NCBI GenBank assembly: GCA_013289265.1 | Contig: JABDAH010000007.1 | Coordinates: 1,745 to 65,744 of the forward strand | DNA length: 64,000 bases | Source: Alphaproteobacteria bacterium | Lineage (GTDB): Bacteria; Pseudomonadota; Alphaproteobacteria; UBA9219 | Direction of reading: 5' to 3' | Part shown: in pieces, positions 61,125 to 64,000 of the stretch | Position numbering within the stretch: position 1 is the stretch's first letter | How the letters are laid out: each line of letters opens with the position of its first letter | The notes under the pieces: model-generated | What the model was told of the DNA's origin: nothing | Database searches by the model: none | Seen by the model: the letters and a program-made list of their open reading frames with translations, nothing else | Program-made: the position numbers and the translations under genes

Positions 61125-62570
61125 TTACAGGGTCTGTAGCGACGCCTTGCCACCCTTGACCAATTGAACGCGGCCATACTTGTCAGAAAAACGCACAATA
61201 TCGTCTTCGCCCAGATACTCACCCGACTGGACCTCGACCAGATGCAGGTCAACCTTGCCGGGGTTGCTGAGACGATGCTTGGAGCCTTTGGGAATAAAAA
61301 CCGACTCATTTTCAAAAAGGCTTTTGGTGACGTCATCACATTCGACCAGAGCCGTTCCATCCACCACCACCCAATGTTCCGCGCGGTGGTGATGCATTTG
61401 CAGCGACAGCGCCTGCCCCGGCTTGACGACAATATGCTTGACCTGAAAACGGTCGCCAGCGGCAACGCCTTCATACGACCCCCATGGGCGCAGAACGCGG
61501 CGATGTGCCGTTGCTACGCTGTGTTTTTGCTCATCCAGCATCGCTACCAGTGGTTTAACATCCTGACTGCGGTCACGCGGCGCAACCAGAACGGCATCCT
61601 TGGTCGCCACCACCGTTACATTCTTCATACCGATAATTCCTATAACCGGACCTTCTGAACGCAGATAGGAATTATGCACATCAAGTGCCGTAACGGGTCC
61701 CTGCATTACATTGCCATCGGCGTCTTTTTCGCCCAGCTGCCACAGCGCCTGCCACGACCCAACATCACTCCACCCCATAGAACAAGGCACAACGACGCCT
61801 GCCTTGGTATTTTCCATTACCAGATAATCAAAAGAGATATTTCGCAGTTTTTCGTACGCTGCGCGTTCTAAAATCCGGCAACCAAGGTCCGTATGTGCAG
61901 CACTAAGGGCCGTGAAGCAAAGATCGATCTGGTCCGGCGCCAGTTGGCGGATTTCCTCGACCAGCACTTTCGGGTTGTACAGGAAAATGCCGCTGTTCCA
62001 CAAAGCGCCTTGCGCCATCAAGGCTTCCGCCTTTTTTGCTTCAGGTTTTTCCACGAACTTGCAAATGGTCTCGACCTGATCCCAATCGGTAGCTTCGCCG
62101 CGTTCAATATAACCATAACCGCTTTCCGGATATTCCGGTTTGATGCCAAATAAAGCGATTCGTCCGGCAGCAGCAGCTGTAGCGGCCTTTTCCACTGCAG
62201 TAAAAAACGCGCCGGGATCCTTGATCACATGGTCGGAAGGAAGCAGCAGATGCAGAACATCTTCATCCTGTTCTGCCAGTGCCGCCGTCAGGGCCGCGCC
62301 CGCTGTGTTACGTCCGCAAGGCTCCAGTAAAACGGTGGTTCCTTCGGACGGATGCCGCGCCAGAATATCCAGAATAAAAAATTTGTGGTCTTCATTAGCA
62401 ATCAGGGTTGGCGGCGCAAACAGGCCAGACTCGCCAAGCATTGCAACTGTGGTCGTTAATAATGAATAATCGCCGAATAAATGCGCGAACTGTTTGGGTT
62501 GATCCTGACGCGAGACGGGCCACAACCGCGTGCCCGAACCGCCAGACAGAATAATAGGGCGAATCTTCAT
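61125..62570 (-). CDS. manC: Mannose-1-phosphate guanylyltransferase / mannose-6-phosphate isomerase (type II PMI)
   Basis: ORF track 61125..62882. I start it at the internal ATG (residue 105, MKIRPIILSGGSGTRLWPVSR). The C-terminal cupin reads RPWGSYEGV..VKHIVVKPGQALSLQMHHHRAEHWVVV. Confidence 0.9.
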   Translation of the reverse strand: MKIRPIILSGGSGTRLWPVSRQDQPKQFAHLFGDYSLLTTTVAMLGESGLFAPPTLIANEDHKFFILDILARHPSEGTTVLLEPCGRNTAGAALTAALAEQDEDVLHLLLPSDHVIKDPGAFFTAVEKAATAAAAGRIALFGIKPEYPESGYGYIERGEATDWDQVETICKFVEKPEAKKAEALMAQGALWNSGIFLYNPKVLVEEIRQLAPDQIDLCFTALSAAHTDLGCRILERAAYEKLRNISFDYLVMENTKAGVVVPCSMGWSDVGSWQALWQLGEKDADGNVMQGPVTALDVHNSYLRSEGPVIGIIGMKNVTVVATKDAVLVAPRDRSQDVKPLVAMLDEQKHSVATAHRRVLRPWGSYEGVAAGDRFQVKHIVVKPGQALSLQMHHHRAEHWVVVDGTALVECDDVTKSLFENESVFIPKGSKHRLSNPGKVDLHLVEVQSGEYLGEDDIVRFSDKYGRVQLVKGGKASLQTL

Positions 62571-62690
62571 CTGAGATAATTCCACTTTCAATGGCGCCAT
62601 TTTGCCGCCACATAAAACAACTTGCCAGACAAAAGACAGGGCTGCAATAAAGGAACACCCCCATGAATTTACTGGCTGCCGGGCAACATT

Positions 62691-63071
62691 ATGATCAATC
62701 TCCTCCTTATCTTTATTGGCGGCGGTACAGGTTCCGTCGCCCGCTACAGCATGATGAATCTGATCAGCCGCCAGACGGGGCCCGGCGCTTTCCCCTGGCA
62801 TACGCTCGGCGTTAATATTCTGGGGGCTTTTGTTATAGGCATATTGATGGAAGTCTTGGCGCTTCGTTTGTCGATGCCGCAACCCTCGCGGCTACTGCTC
62901 GTGACCGGATTTCTCGGCGGTTTTACCACTTTCTCCGCCTTCTCGCTGGAGTCGGCTCTACTGCTGGAAAAAGGCGATTATATGAATATGGCAGCCTATA
63001 TCGCGGCTTCAGTCATCGGCACCATTGTGGCCGTTTTTATTGGCAGTCAATTAATGAAAACGATTTTGTAA
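62691..63071 (+). CDS. crcB: Fluoride channel CrcB/FluC
   Basis: ORF track, 126 aa. Sequence includes IGGGTGSVARY..GFLGGFTTFSAFSLE. Confidence 0.9.
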   Translation: MINLLLIFIGGGTGSVARYSMMNLISRQTGPGAFPWHTLGVNILGAFVIGILMEVLALRLSMPQPSRLLLVTGFLGGFTTFSAFSLESALLLEKGDYMNMAAYIAASVIGTIVAVFIGSQLMKTIL

Positions 63072-63686
63072 TCAGGCCTGCACCGATTTGAAGAAAGCGG
63101 CAAGGCAAGCTGGCCCCATTTTGGCCAGATCAAAATCTTTGGGGTTTTCCAGACTGCGATTTATCAGCCCCGACATCAACGCCTGCAGGCTGACTGCCGC
63201 CAATTGCGGTGGCCAATGCGGCTGCAGCATTTTGCGTTTATGTGCCTGCGTAAACAAACGCTGGAACCGGTCCAGCATACGATTTTTACAATCGCGGCGA
63301 CGGTCCATAATCGCGGCCATGTCCTCCACATATTCACAACGAAGCATCAAAATAGACACCACGCGCTGGCGGCGTTTATCCGTCACTATTAATTTTAGTG
63401 AATCGCAACATGCCTTTTGCAAATCGTCCAGGGGTGTGGCGCTGGCATTGGACGCCAGATGTTCCAGCACATCTTCCTGCGGCAGGAAAATGCGGTTCGA
63501 CATCGCCTCGCAAATTTCGATTTTGTCGCGGAAATGCCAATAAACAGCGCCACGCGTGACTTTGGCCGCGCGGGCGATCTGTTCCAGTGAGGTGCGGGCA
63601 ACGCCATGTTTATAAAATACCTTCTCCGCAGCGTTCAGCAATGCATTGCGGGTTTTTTCTGCCTCATCTTTGGTCCGTCGCGCCAT
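63072..63686 (-). CDS. TetR/AcrR-family transcriptional repressor
   Basis: ORF track 63072..63755 (TTG). I start it at the internal ATG (residue 24, MARRTKDEAEKTRNALLNAAEKVFYKHGVARTSLEQIARAAKVTRGAVYWHF). Confidence 0.88.
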   Translation of the reverse strand: MARRTKDEAEKTRNALLNAAEKVFYKHGVARTSLEQIARAAKVTRGAVYWHFRDKIEICEAMSNRIFLPQEDVLEHLASNASATPLDDLQKACCDSLKLIVTDKRRQRVVSILMLRCEYVEDMAAIMDRRRDCKNRMLDRFQRLFTQAHKRKMLQPHWPPQLAAVSLQALMSGLINRSLENPKDFDLAKMGPACLAAFFKSVQA

Positions 63687-63749
63687 GTTTTTTATATTCT
63701 TCTTTCCTGGAATCTTTTCCTGCTGCACTGCATTTTTCGGGTTGCATAC

Positions 63750-63767
63750 ATACAATCATGAATGTAT
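63750..63767. promoter_or_regulatory. Near-palindrome in the tetR / efflux-gene divergent region (candidate TetR operator)
   Basis: ATACAaTCATGAaTGTAT (central TCATGA, 2 mismatches). It lies between the tetR start and the OMF start. +/-2 nt. Confidence 0.4.
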
Positions 63768-63789
63768 ACAGAAACGGTCCTTTTTGCCA

Positions 63790-64000
63790 ATGAGTTTTTT
63801 CGTGCGTCTTCCCCTTCTTCTTTGCGCCGCATCCGCTGCGGCCCTTTTGACTGGCTGCGCGGTCGGGCCGAATTTCGAACGCCCCGCGACCCAGACGCCC
63901 GGACAATATGACAGTAGCGATTTACCCGCCGGTACAACAGCCACAGCCAATCCGAACGGCACCCCACAGGCATTTGCGGCAGGTCAGGATATCCCGGCTG
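63790..64000 (+). CDS. NodT-family efflux outer-membrane lipoprotein, N-terminal fragment (continues past the window end)
   Basis: Absent from the ORF track (no stop in the window). My translation from ATG 63790 reads MSFFVRLPLLLCAASAAALLTGCAVGPNFERPATQTPGQY. This has a lipobox LTGC followed by the GPxFxRP motif typical of OMF lipoproteins. Confidence 0.75.
   Translation, partial: MSFFVRLPLLLCAASAAALLTGCAVGPNFERPATQTPGQYDSSDLPAGTTATANPNGTPQAFAAGQDIPA

Larger units (their letters stand above)
29715..62570. other. About 33-kb polysaccharide (O-antigen/capsule-like) biosynthesis and export locus, ABC-transporter type
   Basis: A continuous run of about 33 sugar-nucleotide, transferase, modification and wzm/wzt genes. 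See the individual CDS entries. No wzx, wzy, wza or kpsCSDE-like products recognised. Confidence 0.85.

Noticed and set aside
62571-62690. Fluoride riboswitch upstream of crcB
   Set aside because: I compared the leader by eye with the crcB-motif consensus. The conserved GAUGAnnCCU and pseudoknot elements are not evident. This needs cmsearch to be certain.
61125-62882. 585-aa extended form of the manC ORF
   Set aside because: The first 104 residues have no ManC counterpart. The canonical N-terminus MKIRPIILSGGSGTRLWP starts at the internal ATG (62570). The extension would also overlap the crcB promoter and start region.
1-64000. tRNA/rRNA genes, CRISPR arrays, IS elements
   Set aside because: I scanned intergenic regions for T-loop-like GGTTCGA motifs, regularly spaced direct repeats and transposase-like ORFs. 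None were found.

Overview
This is a 64-kb chromosomal window with an alphaproteobacterial gene backbone (trpB-trpA, accD-folC, ros/mucR, olsB-olsA, a GcrA-like protein, DUF1036 and DUF882 genes) and mid-range GC. I saw no rRNA, tRNA, CRISPR array, transposase, integrase or relaxase. The layout is as follows. (1) 1-13.7 kb is housekeeping: miaB (truncated at the window edge), olsBA, mucR, an MlaC-like gene, a small Asr-like His/Lys-rich periplasmic protein, folC, accD, an orphan solute-binding protein, a BrnT/BrnA toxin-antitoxin pair, trpA, trpB, two hypotheticals, and an atypical OmpR-type regulator coupled to a DUF882 peptidase. (2) 13.7-22.1 kb, minus strand, is a Dot/Icm-type (type IVB, MPF-I) secretion block: icmL, a second icmL-like gene, icmK, icmE, icmG, icmC, icmD and icmJ. 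It is led by a GcrA-like/zinc-ribbon protein. A divergent 3-gene operon (22.4-25.6 kb) encodes an acidic small protein, a 792-aa Thr/Ala/Pro-rich disordered protein with a Cys4 tail, and a NifU-like protein. (3) 25.6-29.7 kb holds DUF1036, acnA and an OmpA-family protein. (4) 29.7-62.6 kb is a ~33-kb glycan locus that depends on an ABC transporter (wzm/wzt). It carries GDP-mannose genes (manC, gmd), two phosphoheptose isomerases, a GHMP heptose kinase, a nucleotidyltransferase, a split transketolase, a Glf-like mutase, a sugar C-methyltransferase, several SDR epimerase/reductases, two 2OG-type oxygenases (one frameshifted in an A8 tract), a domain-swapped HldE-like enzyme, methyltransferases, two acyltransferase-3 genes and 6-7 glycosyltransferase-like genes. 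(5) 62.7-64 kb holds crcB, tetR and the start of a NodT-type outer-membrane efflux lipoprotein. The main hunt result is the intact but incomplete Dot/Icm-like block, which lacks icmB/dotO, dotA-D and a coupling protein, sitting in an alphaproteobacterial core-gene context with unusual component architectures. The second is a set of uncharacterised sugar modules in the glycan locus. CDS coordinates are derived from the supplied ORF track. Non-CDS coordinates were read by eye and may be off by 1-2 nt.
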